Source: the human T2T-CHM13v2.0 reference genome, Homo sapiens
Reading direction: 5' to 3' (one strand)
Length of the DNA stretch: 64,000 bases
Assembly: GCF_009914755.1 (NCBI RefSeq)
Contig: NC_060931.1
A program made the translations under genes and the position numbers. Positions 60,793 through 64,000 of this stretch are shown here, piece after piece. Below the pieces are notes generated by a model, which was not told the DNA's origin, searched no databases, and saw only the letters and a program-made list of their open reading frames with translations. Position 1 is the first letter of the stretch, and each line of letters starts with the position of its first letter.

Positions 60793-61554
60793 CTACAAAA
60801 AATAGAAAAATTAGCGGGCTGTGGTAGTGCATGCCTGTAGTACCAGCTAATCAGGAGGCTGAGGCAGGAGGATCATTTGAGCACAGGAGGTTGAGGCCTT
60901 ATGCTTGTAATCCCAGCACTTCGGGAGGCTGAGGCAGGTGGATCACCTGAGCTCAGGAGTTTGAGACTAGCCTGGCCAACATGGTAAAACACTATCTCTA
61001 CTAAAAAATACAAAAATTAGCCAGGCGTTGCGGTGGGTGCCTGTAATCCCAGCTACTTGGGAGGCTGAGGGACCTGTTCTTGGACCACTGAGTGATCGCT
61101 GGGGCCAAGGCCTTTGTCTTTCTTGTTCGTGGCTGAATCCCTGCCTCCCGAGCTGTGCCTGGCATGGAGCAGACACTCAGTTAGTACTTGCTGAATGTGT
61201 GAGTGAATGCATGCAAGAAATGACTTCACCATGCCAGGCCCTATTTTGAGTGCTGGGCACACAAGGTCTCTGCAGTCTCGAAAACTAGTGGGCACCTCTG
61301 GCTTTAGCAAAGGCACTTACAGCCAGGTCACATGCCTCAGTACGCTCTGCAGCAGGGGCACTTACAGAGCACTAATGACACACAGGGAAGCCAAGGTTTC
61401 CTCTAAGAAACAGAACATGGCCGGGCGCAGGGGCTCACACCTGTAATCCCAGCACTGTGGGAGGCCAAGGCGGGCGGATCACCTGAGGTCAGGAGTTTAA
61501 GACCAGCCTGGTCAACATGATGAAACCCCATCTCTACTAAAAATACAAAAATTA

Positions 61555-61740
<186 letters not shown>

Positions 61741-61994
61741 TCATCAAATGTTATGGCTACAGGTTCTTTCCACGGCTCTGTGCTGCCTCTTGCTGTCCTG
61801 TTATACAATCCAGTGGTCTGGAGTTCATTTGGCCATCCATCCAACCAACCAGGCCAACCTTCACTCGGTACCACCAGAGGCTGGGTTCTGTGCTCGGCTT
61901 CAGAGTGAGAGAGGAATACGGGGAGGTGACTGCAAAACTCGGTTAAGAACAGGGCTCCGTGACTTCTCTTTCCTCCTCCTCCGAGTATCTCCTC

Positions 61995-63495
<1,501 letters not shown>

Positions 63496-63795
63496 TTTTA
63501 AAAGCACAAACACACACACACCAAAACACATGGTAGGCATAGACCATGGGTTAGTGAAATAGACCAAATCTATATATTTATCAGAATTTAGTTTATAATA
63601 AAGGTGGCATTTCAAATTAGTAGGGAAAGGGCAGGCTATTCAGATGGTACCAAACAGTGAGAAGAAGTTCTCACTCTGGGGGAGAAACATCCTAGCTTGC
63701 GTAAGGAGCCAAAGGCACAAAGCAAAACTATAAACTTAGAAAAAAAAAAAAAAGAAAATATGTTTCCAACTTTAGTATTGAGAAGATCTTTTTGA

Positions 63796-63999
<204 letters not shown>

Positions 64000-64000
64000 C

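Overview
Human (or closely related primate) genomic DNA inside the HIP1 gene (huntingtin-interacting protein 1, 7q11.23), which is transcribed on the minus strand. The window is almost entirely intronic and very Alu-dense (about 100 Alu segments by hand count), with older L1, L2, L3, MIR, MaLR/ERVL LTR and hAT/MER remnants. Nearly all ORFs in the supplied track are Alu or low-complexity artefacts. Real coding content is small. (i) A 64-nt exon at 6502-6565 encodes TVSINKAINTQEVAVKEKHAR, the start of the ANTH domain, and is followed by a minor-spliceosome (U12, AT-AC type) donor ATATCCTTT. (ii) Two short candidate alternative first coding exons splice in phase 0 to it: MMFPNPEPPPE (18987-19019) and MDVSKM (46365-46382, inside a CpG island). 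The canonical exon 1 and exon 3 are not in the window. The most notable observations are a perfect androgen/glucocorticoid response palindrome 3 nt upstream of the MMFPNPEPPPE start codon, an in-frame strong-Kozak uORF ahead of MDVSKM, a 193-bp duplication that looks like the scar of an Alu insertion resolved against a neighbouring Alu, two other non-tandem local duplications, and an AGCT-rich 19-bp minisatellite. I see no evidence for a new protein-coding gene, RNA gene or CRISPR-like system. Repeat subfamily names are from recalled consensus sequences, not from a RepeatMasker run.
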